Part shown: positions 38,367 through 49,039 of the stretch, piece after piece
Position numbering within the stretch: the first letter of the stretch is position 1
How the letters are laid out: the number at the start of each line of letters is the position of its first letter
Assembly: GCF_036588685.1 (NCBI RefSeq)
Contig: NC_086380.1
Span: 74,152,001-74,216,000, forward strand
DNA from: Mytilus trossulus
Lineage: Eukaryota
Reading direction: 5' to 3'
DNA length: 64,000 nucleotides
Position numbers and translations under genes: made by a program
The notes under the pieces: generated by a model
The model's input: only the letters and a program-made list of their open reading frames with translations
The model's database searches: none
Told to the model about the DNA's origin: nothing

Positions 38367-41300
38367 ATGGATAATATGCAAACAGTCCCTTCGGATTTCA
38401 TTGATGGAGTTGACAGCGAAGAAAATGAAGACAATGAAGAAGTGTGGGGGAGAATGTTTCCACTTGGATCAAGTTTTATTGCAGTCGGTAAAAAACATGC
38501 ATAAAAAATCGTACATGTTTTTTGGGATTTGTTTCTAACTCTGCCTCTGGTTTGTGGTTCATCATAACAAATGAGTAACAATAATTGTATTTTCATCTCT
38601 CAAACTGATTCTAATTAAGCTGAAATGGTTGGTTGTTTAATAAATAGTAACTGCCAACATACTTTTGTAATGGTTGATTTTAAAAACAAATCCATAGAAT
38701 TTATCAGCAGTGGCGGCTCCAAAACATTTCATAAGGGGTCCGCTGACTGACCGAAGAAAGGGGGGGGGGGGGGGGGGGGGGGGCTGCTCCAGTCATGATT
38801 TAGTGATATCAAATACATGTATAATCAACCAATTTTTTTCCACGGAAAGGGAGGGGGCCTGCTTCAATAATTCCTTATATAATCAACCAATTTTTTCCAT
38901 GAAAGAGGGGGGCTGATTTGGGTACATCTGTCAAAAGAATGCATATATATGTCACTTGCACCAATATTTGTAAAATTTTTGATTTTGAACTTTAACTGGA
39001 CTTGCTGCCAGAAATAGTTGTTTCCTTGGCGTATTTTGATAACAAACATGATCAGTACATTTATGCCTTCAGGTTTATCCTGTTTGTCAAGGTTTTATTC
39101 CTCATAACTCTGTGTTTCAGACCTCAAAGGTAAGCCCACCCCTCCAAAAACCGCCATGTTAGATTGCTACTGACTACATGCACAAATACCTTTAAATTAT
39201 GTATCTATATTTGTACCAAATTAAACAAATCAAACATTTACTTGTTATACTGACCACTGGACTAGAAAAAAGTGTTTTGTTTAGCCTGTTTTAATTCATT
39301 ATATTGGTTTAGTAAGTAATAATCTCTTGGTCATGCTTGTCAGACTTGTTTGTTCCACATTTTCCAATTTTATTAGTTCAAATAGAAAGAAAATGTATAA
39401 CATGTATAAAGTTCTTTTTTCTTTAGATTTAACAAAAGAGGAATACTGCTTTGGACGTGGAGAAAACTGTGATATTCCTTTTAACACGGCAAATGCTAAG
39501 AAACACCAGTGTTTCCAGGCCTACAGTAAAGTACATTTCAAACTGATTCGGGTAAGATATACCTTCAGCCGAACATTTCAAACTGATTCGGGTAAGATAA
39601 AACCTTCAGCCGAACATTTCAAACTGATTCGGGTAAGATATACCTTCAGCCAAACATTTCAAACTGATTCCGGTAAGATATACCTTACCTTCAGCCGAAC
39701 ACTTCAAACTGATTTGGGTAAGATATACCTTCAGCCGAACATTTCAAACTGATTCGGGTAAGATAAAACCTTCAGCCGAACATTTCAAACTGATTCGGGT
39801 AAGATATACCTTCAGCCAAACATTTCAAACTGATTCCGGTAAGATATACCTTACCTTCAGCCGAACACTTCAAACTGATTTGGGTAAGATATACCTTCAG
39901 CCAAACATTTCAAACTGATTCGGGTAAGATATACCTTACCTTCAGCCGAACATTTCAAACTGATTCCGGTAAGATATACCTTCAGCCGAACATTTCAAAC
40001 TGATTCGGCTAAGATATACCTTACCTTCAGCCGAACATTTTAAAATGATTCGGGTAAGATATACCTTACCTTCAGCCGATCATTTCAAACTGATTCGGGT
40101 AAGATATACCTTAAGCCGAACATTTCAAACTGATTCGGGCAAGATATACCTTCAGCCGAACATTTCAAACTGATTCGGGTACGATATACCTTCAGCCAAA
40201 AATTTCAAACTGATTCGGGTGAGATATACCTTACCTTCAGCCGAACACTTCAAACTGATTTGGGTAAGATATACCTTCAGCCAAACATTTCAAACTGATT
40301 CGGGTAAGATATACCTTACCTTCAGCCGAACATTTCAAACTGATTCCGGTAAGATATACCTTCAGCCGAACATTTCAAACTGATTCGGGTAAGATATACC
40401 TTACCTTCAGCCGAACATTTTAAAATGATTCGGGTAAGATATACCTTACCTTCAGCCGATCATTTCAAACTGATTCGGGTAAGATATACCTTAAGCCGAA
40501 CATTTCAAACTGATTCGGGCAAGATATACCTTCAGCAGAACATTTCAAACTGATTCCGGTACGATATACCTTCAGCCAAACATTTCAAACTGATTCGGGT
40601 GAGATATACGTTCAGCCGAACATTTTAAAATGAGTTGTGTAGAAATCACTAATATTGCAAGTCTAATTAAAGTAAATATGAAAAAGAAAATGGGGTATGA
40701 TTGTCAATGAGACAATTCGTTACAAGATACCAAATGACGCTAAGATTGTAGACTGACAGGTCAATGTATGGCTTTCAACAATGACCAAAGTCTGTACTGC
40801 ATTTTAAAATTGATTCAGGTAAAAAGCACCATTATAATACTCCAGTATTTTCTGGACTATAGTACAGTACATTTTAAACTGTTCAGCCAGATGAATACAT
40901 GTGAAAATTCGTTAATGAGTTTCAGGATGTCTGTGATATATTCACCATGTTACTAGGGTGGAATGTGATGTTTTCCTAAAAATTTAAATAACAAAAATAC
41001 ATTTATACCTCACTCAGAGGAAAATTCTAATAGGAAAGTCCATTAGTAAATGGCAAAATCAAAAGCTCAAACACTTCCAACAAATTGATAACAACTGTCA
41101 TATTCCTGACTTAGTTCAGGCATTTTCTTATGTAGAAAATGGTGGATTGAACCTGCTTTATTACTAGATAAACCTTTCACTTATATGCCAGTCTCATACA
41201 TGTATAATGCCATTAATACTGGCATTATACATATTATATTGATGATGTGTGGGCAAAACCAACAGACATAAAAATGTCAAAAACAGGGGTTCAGCAGTCA

Positions 41301-44300
41301 ACATTGTGGTATATCTTAACAACTACAAAAAAAACAAAAAAGAATATTGACAAATGTATGTATACCATTGAATGAGTGAAAAAGGCAAGGATTTAGTAAA
41401 TGAATATAGAAAATGAAGAATCATATTTTCTTAAGGAATGACTTTAATATTTTTTCTGTCTATAAAGAAATAACTTTAAAAATTTGTTGCACACTGAATA
41501 ACGTGTGTAGCGGGTTATTTAACAGTGTGCACCACAAAGTTTTTTAGCTCACCTGGCCCAAAGGGCCAAGTGAGCTTTTCCCATCACTTTGCGTCCGCTG
41601 TCGTCGTTAACTTTTACAAAAATCTTCACCTCTGAAACTACTGGGCCAAATTTAACCAAACTTGGCCACAATCATCATTGGGTATCTAGTTTAAAAAATG
41701 TGTGGCATGACCAGTTCAACCAACCAAGATGGCCGTCACGGCTAAAAATAGAACATAGGGGGTAAAATTCAGTTTTTTGCTTATAACTCAGAAACCAAAG
41801 CATTTAAAGCAAATCTGACATGAAGTAAAATTGTTTATCAGGTCAAAATCTATCGGCCCTAAAATTTTCAGATGAATCAGACATCCCGTTGTTGGGTTGC
41901 TGCCCCTGAATTGGTAATTTTAAGGAAAGTTTGCTGTTTTTGGTTATTGTCTTGAATATTATTATAGATAGAGATAAACTGTAAAAAAAACAATAAATGT
42001 CGGCAAAATAAGATCTACAAAAAATTCAACATGACTGAAATTGTCAGTTGACCCCTTTAGGAGTTATTGCCCTTTAAAGTCAATTTTTAACCATTTTTTT
42101 GTAAATCCTAGTTATCTTTTACAAAAATCTTCTCCTCTGAAACTACTGGGACAAGTTAATTATAGATAGAGATAATTGTAAGCAGCAAGAATGTTCAGTA
42201 AAGTAAGATGTACAAACACATCACCATCACCAAAACACAATTTTGTCATGAATCCATCTACGTCCTTTTTTTGATATTCACATAGACCAAGGTGAGCAAC
42301 ACAAGCTCTTTAGAGCCTCTAGTTTATGTTATTTCGAATAGACAGCAAAATTATTACAGCCATTTTAAACCGTAGAAAACCATGAAAAACCGTTGATGAC
42401 GTCACTGTCGCATGACTAAATTATGTCTATGGGCTCATAACAAAATAATGTCAGCCAATCAGAAGATGTGTTACATCCAAAATTAAATTATTATGGTTTG
42501 TGATACAAATCACCCTTATTTTTTACATTATGTTATACATTGTTATAGGTGTTGATTTATATATATATCATGTTTATATTGTAGAAAAAAACCAGTACTG
42601 GTGTTCATGTATTCTTGGAAGATTCCAGCAGTAATGGTACTTTTGTGAATGGGGAAAAAGTTGGTAAGTCATTTAACACACTCAATGACCTCAGAAATTG
42701 TTAGACCAAGACAAATATATTCTGTGTTTCTGGGTGTTAACCTACAAGTGGAAAGATTTGTTTTGTTATATTTCATTTATAATAAAAAAAATCATGGCCA
42801 AGTTCAACAATATTATTGCTAAAAAAATAAATTTTAAAGCAAATATTTGAAATAACTTGCCATTTCCCTTCAAAATTTAAATTTATTTTGATAATTTATG
42901 ATGAATTTCATTTAGTTCTTAAGGTCAAAGGTTGATCTCTAACTAAAAAAAATTATCAGCAAACCAGAAAAAAGTATATGCATCTTATCAATTGAACCCC
43001 AAATTTGAAAATTTAAGGGACTGTTAAAACTGATCAATTTTACAAGTAAATTTTGGGAGAAAAATAAACAGGAAATTATTCAAGTGTAACCAGAGAGCAA
43101 GTATCTACTTTACAAATTCATATCGTTACCACCGGGATTTGTACCCCGGTTGTCTGGGTGACAGTCAGTGCGTTAACTCACAGAGCCAAAGAATCAATTC
43201 ACTAGCTCAGTTGATTAAGACTAGCTATATATGTTCTACCTGTACTAAGGGAAAGCAACCCCGCTACACAAGGATTAAGAAAAATTTAGAATCTTACAAA
43301 TTTAAAAAAAAAATATGACTTTAAAAAACAGGTAAATATAACATTTTCAAGTAAACATCAGCATGTTTGTTATACCCCAGAATGTATGTATTATGCCATT
43401 GTTTATACTTTAAGATGTGTAACATGTAACGTATCATATTTCAGAGTGGTGCATAACTTGACCTTGTTTACAGCAGCATACATATATATATTGATAAGAA
43501 TTGAGAAATTTCACAAACATTTAATGTTATTTATTTAATTTCAGGTAAAGGGAACAAGCAGGTTTTATCCAATAATGATGAAATAGCTCTGGCATTGAAA
43601 AATAATAAAGGTATATACATGTATCAAGGGTTTTCCCTGGGTTAATTTCTTTTTCATCACCTCTTAAATTACAGATATTGAATATAATAAACAAGTAATA
43701 TGTTGAAAAATGAAAATCTAAGAAAATGTGATTCAACACACAAGTTTCAAATACTATTTTTTGTCACATCCACTTTGTATTGAACATGTTGAATACATAT
43801 AGAATAATAGGTAGTTTCGTTTTTGATACTGACTATATCATGTGGAATATCTAGACTAGCTACCTATTATTCTGTTTATCGGTAATTATGACATCACACA
43901 ATATTTTGCCTATTAATTTTAGTTATACAGCCAGTACGTTGATACTCGAAAATAAAAGGCAGTAAGATCAAAAGGAAAACAGTATTCCTGTTAATTTTGA
44001 TAGAAATATTATATTATTTACAAAGTTCTGTTCTATGGGCTTTAGAATGCAACATGTATACAGGCTATTTAGTTTTTGTTATATTTCAAAATGTATTCCA
44101 TTTGTACATCTTTTGATTATAACAGTGATTTTAACAGTAACATTAGTAAATGGTATGAATTATTATGTATTCTGCTGTTGTACATTTAACAGTTTTAAAA
44201 GTTTTCTATTTGTTCTGTTTTAGCATTCATGTATCTTGATCTGAGTCTAAAAATTGTTTTTTTAAAGTTTTCTATTTGTTCTGTTTTAGCATTCATGTAT

Positions 44301-47300
44301 CTTGATCTGAGTATCGATGAAGAAGCTGGACTTCCTGATCAAATTAAAGAAAAATATACATTAACAAAAACATTAGGCAGGTATGTATTAAAAGGTTAAT
44401 GGATCAATTCAGGTAGATCAGTCTAATATAGAAAGAAAATTATAAACCAAGACGACCCATTCACAAGATTAAGCACAAAGACCATACAAATGTTATGACC
44501 GCCTTAAATCAATATCACAGATTGAGCAAATTATAAACCAAAAAGACCCAGTCACAAGACTAAGCACAAAGCTTACGGCGTAAATATTCTCAAAGACCAT
44601 ATAAGTTTTATGACTGCCTTCAGTCAATATCACAGATTGAGCAAATTGCTAGGTAGATCAAGATGTGGCACTGGAAGGGGAGCATTTTATAGATATAAGA
44701 AGATATGGCATGATTGCCAATTAGACAACTCTTCAATCAAGTCATAATTTGTAAAAGTAAACCATTATAGGTCAAAGTACTGTCTTTAACACAGAGCCTT
44801 GGCTCACACTGATTACTGAATAGCAAGCTATAAAGGGCCCCCAAATGACTAGAATAAAACCATGTAAACAGGATAACCAGCAGTCTGTATTAATCTATAA
44901 AAAAAAAAACAAGAAACAATAAACTCTTATCATGCATATCAACAATGATGTTTATACAGTGAAACCTGTCCAAATCGAACACCCACGGGACTTTGCGTTT
45001 TGTTCGGTTTTCACAGGTGTTCGGATTGTAGAGGTAAACGGAAGTCGACACCAAAATAATGTTGGCATTTACAATTACTGACAAGGGAAAAAAAGGTGTA
45101 CTTACAGACGACAGTTTATTTATGTGTTGATTTAGATGTAAATGTAAAAACAAAAGAAGATAAAGATAGACGTATTGCTACATTTTTGTTTACAAATCAA
45201 ACGCCACTCCGTCAATCACGCTCGTCGTTGGAAGATGTCCAACGTGGGGCGATTTTGCTTTTTATAATTATTTTCTCATCCGTTAATTCACTGACCAATT
45301 CAGATTCAGAGTCACTTTCAAATGACGATTCCGTAGTTAAATCGGGAACGTCTTTGTACACATGAGTTCTCGGACTAAACTGGTCACCCGCTGATTCATA
45401 CTTTGGCACACTATAACAGTGTAACAAAAGCAGGGATCCAGTTTATTCTCGGTATTTATCATTTCTAAATAGCCAACGGAAGTTTTCGGGAGCATTCCAA
45501 TCAAATATATACGGCCTCTAAAGGGAATTCAGCAATCGAAATCCATTGACGTTGTTGTGTTGCACGACTTCTTAATCCAGTGAAAGGCTTTTAAACTATT
45601 ATTTAATTAAACAGTTTAGCTACAGAATGGCAGTTACAAGTTTTTGGCCTTAATTATTTGAGTAAAGTGCATTTAATTAATCTGAGGGACAGTTCGTGTC
45701 ATTATCGGCGATGGGGGTACCTGACCAGTTCAAAGTTTCTTTACCATAAAATCACTTAATACATGAAAACAGACATGCTAATTAGTTTGTAATAACAACT
45801 CACAAGTTCATTAAACCTCAAATACCCTCGGGAATACTCTGACATCCTGTGTTTGTTTAATTAAATCATGCAAATAATTAATAATATTGTTTTGTGTTGA
45901 TTGGTATTGATCGATTTTGACAGGTAATTTTTAGATACAAATTCAATAACGAGCCTTCAAAAAGCGTTCGGAGTTCGGTGTTGACAGGATTCAGTTTATT
46001 CAGGTTACATTTACGTTAATTGATAGGGATATTTTGTGGGACTTTGAAAATTGTTCGGTTTAAACTGAAATTCGGTTTTATCAGGGTTCGGTTTACCCAG
46101 GTTTCACTGTATATAGAATCTTCAAGATTCTCCAGTTGTCTATATTTGTACTATCAGATAATATAAAAAGACATCTGGAGGTCAACATACAATAGTTGAC
46201 AAACAGTAACGTTGAACAGGTGTTTATACAGCTATAAATTGTTTGAAATTATTAAAAATAAATAAACAGAAAGTATCAAACATCTGCTCAATCTCGAATT
46301 CTGTTAATAATAAAAATAGAAATAGAATTAAATAATGAACTGTATAGTGTAAATTCAGTACAATTAAATAGTTTTTAAAATTACAATTCGTTGTAGAAGT
46401 ATACAGAATATTGAATTCATGCATCTGTTAATAAAGAAATCAATTTAAAGCAGTTTCTGTGATTTATTCTTGAATTATTTTTTTTACAGGGGTGCATGTG
46501 GAGAGGTCAAGTTAGCATTTAAAAAAGGAACATGTGAAAAGTTTGCAGTAAAAATTATATCAAAGAAAAAGTTTTCCATTGGTGGCAAACATCAAGTTGT
46601 AAGTTTCATTTCAGACTGTACAAGAGTAAACAAAGTCTTTAAAAAACTCCTCATCATTTAGTGAATCAGAACTAAATAATCCTGGTTCACTTGAATTAAT
46701 AATAACTTTACTGTGGCATGGGGACACCTAAAATGGTTTACCATCCTACTTAGGCGCTCAGTAATTCTTGTATCACAGGTTTCGAAACAAGACTAGGCAT
46801 TATCAGAGATGTCACAATGTCAGAGGAGAAGTTAGGCCAAAAAAAAATATATGTTTGTTTCCTGTTTCCCAACCGACCCTGACTTAAACCCCCCGACCCT
46901 AGATCTTTTTATTCAATTCCTGGAAAAATCATTTCCAATCCAGATCCTTGTCTTACTATGTCCAAACAATCAAAATGGCTGCTCCCAGCACAAATGTGCT
47001 ACAACTAAGGTTTAAAAAATGTCAGCACTGAGAGGATTATTCAATTCAAGCTTCTTCAAAGGGATTAAATCATTTTGGGGTACAAGACCCTAACCAAACA
47101 TGACAATTAACCGACTGCAAATCTGACAGGGTGTGCAAAAATAAAAAAATAAAAAATCCCGACCTACTGACCCTGATTTATTTGCCTTGGCAGCAGGAAA
47201 CAGACATATATTTTTTTTGGTCTTATCAAGCTTGCTTTCTTCAAGTGTAAAACTGTATGACGGAGGAGACAAAGACCAGATATAGAAAGAAAAGCATATA

Positions 47301-47966
47301 ATAAAAGTTCACTTTGTGGCTCATATTTAGGATATCGAAATGTGGAAAACCTGATAATCTGTACATCTTGTAACAGCCTTCAATATTATCATGATTACAA
47401 TTAGTATACCAACACTTTAAGGTGGTACCTAACACTACAGGGAGATCACTCTAAATATCAGCTGAACGTTTTAATTATGTTGTATTGTTAAGGAAATATT
47501 AAGCTTCTCAATGATCAACATAAGGGTTAGTCAAAATGCTATATAACCAGTGTAATTTTTCTGATAAAGTGGTTGGTTCAATTTTTTTGAAATTTTTATA
47601 TTTTTGTCAAATGGTCAAAGTTAATGTTTTGTCAAAATTTTATGAAAATTAAACGAGCCAAATTAATTTTGACAAGGTGTTGGTACCACCTTAAATAAAT
47701 CATTTGGCTTATTGGCAATTTAACTCAAATAAATTATTTCATAGCAAAATGTGGATTCTTGCTGAAAAAAAAGGAATTCTATGGACATGTAATTTTTCTG
47801 TATTAATCAGTCCAAATTTTAATATTTTAAAATCCCATGAAATAAGAAACTTTTGGTACAGCTATGTGAGAATTATGAAACAATGTTAATAGGAATATAT
47901 ATTATATTGTAGAATCTAAGTAATCAAGTTATGACAGAGGTAAAAATACTGAAAGCATTACGACAT
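38367..47966 (+). CDS. CHEK2: Checkpoint kinase 2-like Ser/Thr kinase, 5' part; exons 38367-38487, 39427-39551, 42585-42663, 43545-43610, 44290-44380, 46490-46598, 47913-47966; remaining exons not seen in the window
   Basis: All junctions are GT-AG and phase-compatible. FHA motifs WGR..FGRG..CD..SKVHF..EDSSSNGTFVNGEKVG..NDEIAL are followed by kinase subdomains I-III (LGRGACGEVKLAF..FAVKIISKKKF..EVKILKALRH). Confidence 0.92.
39533..40630. repeat. 40/45-bp minisatellite (about 26 units) derived from the CHK2 exon 2 / intron 2 junction
   Basis: Unit acatttcaaactgattcgg|gtaagatatac(cttac)cttcagccga, with a 380-bp higher-order period. Confidence 0.97.
41540..42324 (+). mobile_element. Helentron-associated (HINE-like) non-autonomous element
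   Basis: ttttTAGCTCACC 5' end, subterminal inverted ggtgagc, 3' hairpin gctctttagagc, inserted in a T run. Confidence 0.75.
43124..43190 (-). mobile_element. tRNA-derived (Asp-like) SINE head or pseudo-tRNA
   Basis: Reverse complement: tggctctgtgagttaa (A box), ctgactgtcacccag (anticodon arm), ggtacaaatcccgg (B box); no acceptor stem. Confidence 0.5.
44957..46109. mobile_element. Non-autonomous Tc1/mariner-pogo (Tigger-like) element, TA TSD
   Basis: ta|cagtgaaacctg ... caggtttcactg|ta with subterminal ttcggttt repeats. Confidence 0.88.
46835..47222. mobile_element. MITE (Zator/Harbinger-like, TTA TSD) in a CHK2 intron
   Basis: tta|ggccaaaaaaaaatatatgtttgtttcctg ... caggaaacagacatatattttttttggtc|tta. 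Confidence 0.85.
47421..47690. mobile_element. MITE with TTAA TSD (Kolobok-like)
   Basis: ttaa|ggtggtacctaacac ... gtgttggtaccacc|ttaa; a related degenerate copy lies at about 18520-18952. Confidence 0.85.
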
Positions 47967-48104
47967 GTAAGTACTAACAATAATAAAAACATTTAAAACT
48001 GGTCAGCAATCAACAATCAATGTATGCTAGAAAATAAAAAATTGTAGAATTTTATATAGAAGATGTTGGGCAAACATCAATGCTACATGGATCCAAAGAC
48101 ACAA

Positions 48105-48654
48105 TCTATCTATACTATTAAACGAGAAGACCTCATTTTGTGTGTCGCTTCTCTTCCTTCCACAATAAATCAATCATCATGCCTTTGTGTCCTATAGGTA
48201 CCATGTATTGTCGCATTTGTCATCCATTCTTATGATTATTCAGTTTGTGTTATTTTGGAAGAAAAACGAAAAAAACTGCGTCCGGATATTTTTCCGTCAT
48301 TGGACGAAATTTTAAGTCAGGCTGGACATCTGGTTTGCTATCTACTATCATTTTCAAGTTTACTATCCACGGTGGTCACTGAGTTTATTAAATAGAGAGG
48401 GTCTATATAATATGTCAATGACCGCCGTGGATCGATTAGTAAATTGAGAGTTGATAGTAAAAAGCAAAACACTTTATTTATACTAATATATGTTTATAAC
48501 ATACCTAATAATACAGATAAACGCTAACAGAAAAACAATCGTCATGTCCCAAAGTACCTATAACTTTCGATACCTTTTCTGAAATTTTTCAGTCATAAAA
48601 TCTTTTACAAAAATTCATCGGGTCAATAAGTATATTAAATAGAGAGGGTCTATA
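48105..48654 (+). mobile_element. 5' part of a Helitron-like non-autonomous element, interrupted by the large transposon
   Basis: a|TCtatctatactattaaacgag 5' end; internal repeat attaaatagagagggtctatata broken at 48654. Confidence 0.55.
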
Positions 48655-48665
48655 TAGTCCAGGCA

Positions 48666-48858
48666 ATTACTGAAAACAGTAATATTACTATTTTATATAA
48701 TATTACAAGTAAAAGTAATATTACAAAAAATAGTAATATATTTCTTATATTACTAAAAACTGTAATTTTGTTATATTACTGAAATGTGTAATATAGTCTC
48801 TATATTACTTAAAACAGTAATATTACTAGAAAATGCCTATATTACATAGAACTGTAAC
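48666..48858. repeat. Subterminal array of ATTAC-N8-GTAAT dyads
   Basis: ATTAC at 48666, 48684, 48702, 48720, 48749, 48775, 48804, 48822, 48841; most are followed after exactly 8 bp by GTAAT or a one-mismatch variant. Confidence 0.9.
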
Positions 48859-48986
48859 ATAAGGCTTAAAGTCACTAATGCTGCCTTTAACTCGAGGCTG
48901 GAGACAGCATGACGTAGTTTTAGTATCATATTACATGGTAAATAAAAGATGGATCAAAATCAGTTTCATCACTTCTGCAAAATCAG

Positions 48987-49039
48987 ATGGAGACGCCAGA
49001 GCAACCAAATATGGAGTTGGAAAACACTTCCAGTACTGA
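48987..49039 (+). CDS. Putative first coding exon of the transposase (METPEQPNMELENTSST-D)
   Basis: ATG about 330 bp inside the left end; consensus donor GA|gtaagt; phase 2 matches acceptor 58775 (GA+T = Asp, then EAVLARH). Confidence 0.5.

Noticed and set aside
39327-39752. 141-aa ORF as a standalone gene
   Set aside because: It is CHK2 exon 2 plus read-through into intron and repeat
39533-40630. CRISPR-like array
   Set aside because: Units are contiguous with no unique spacers; it is a eukaryotic intronic minisatellite
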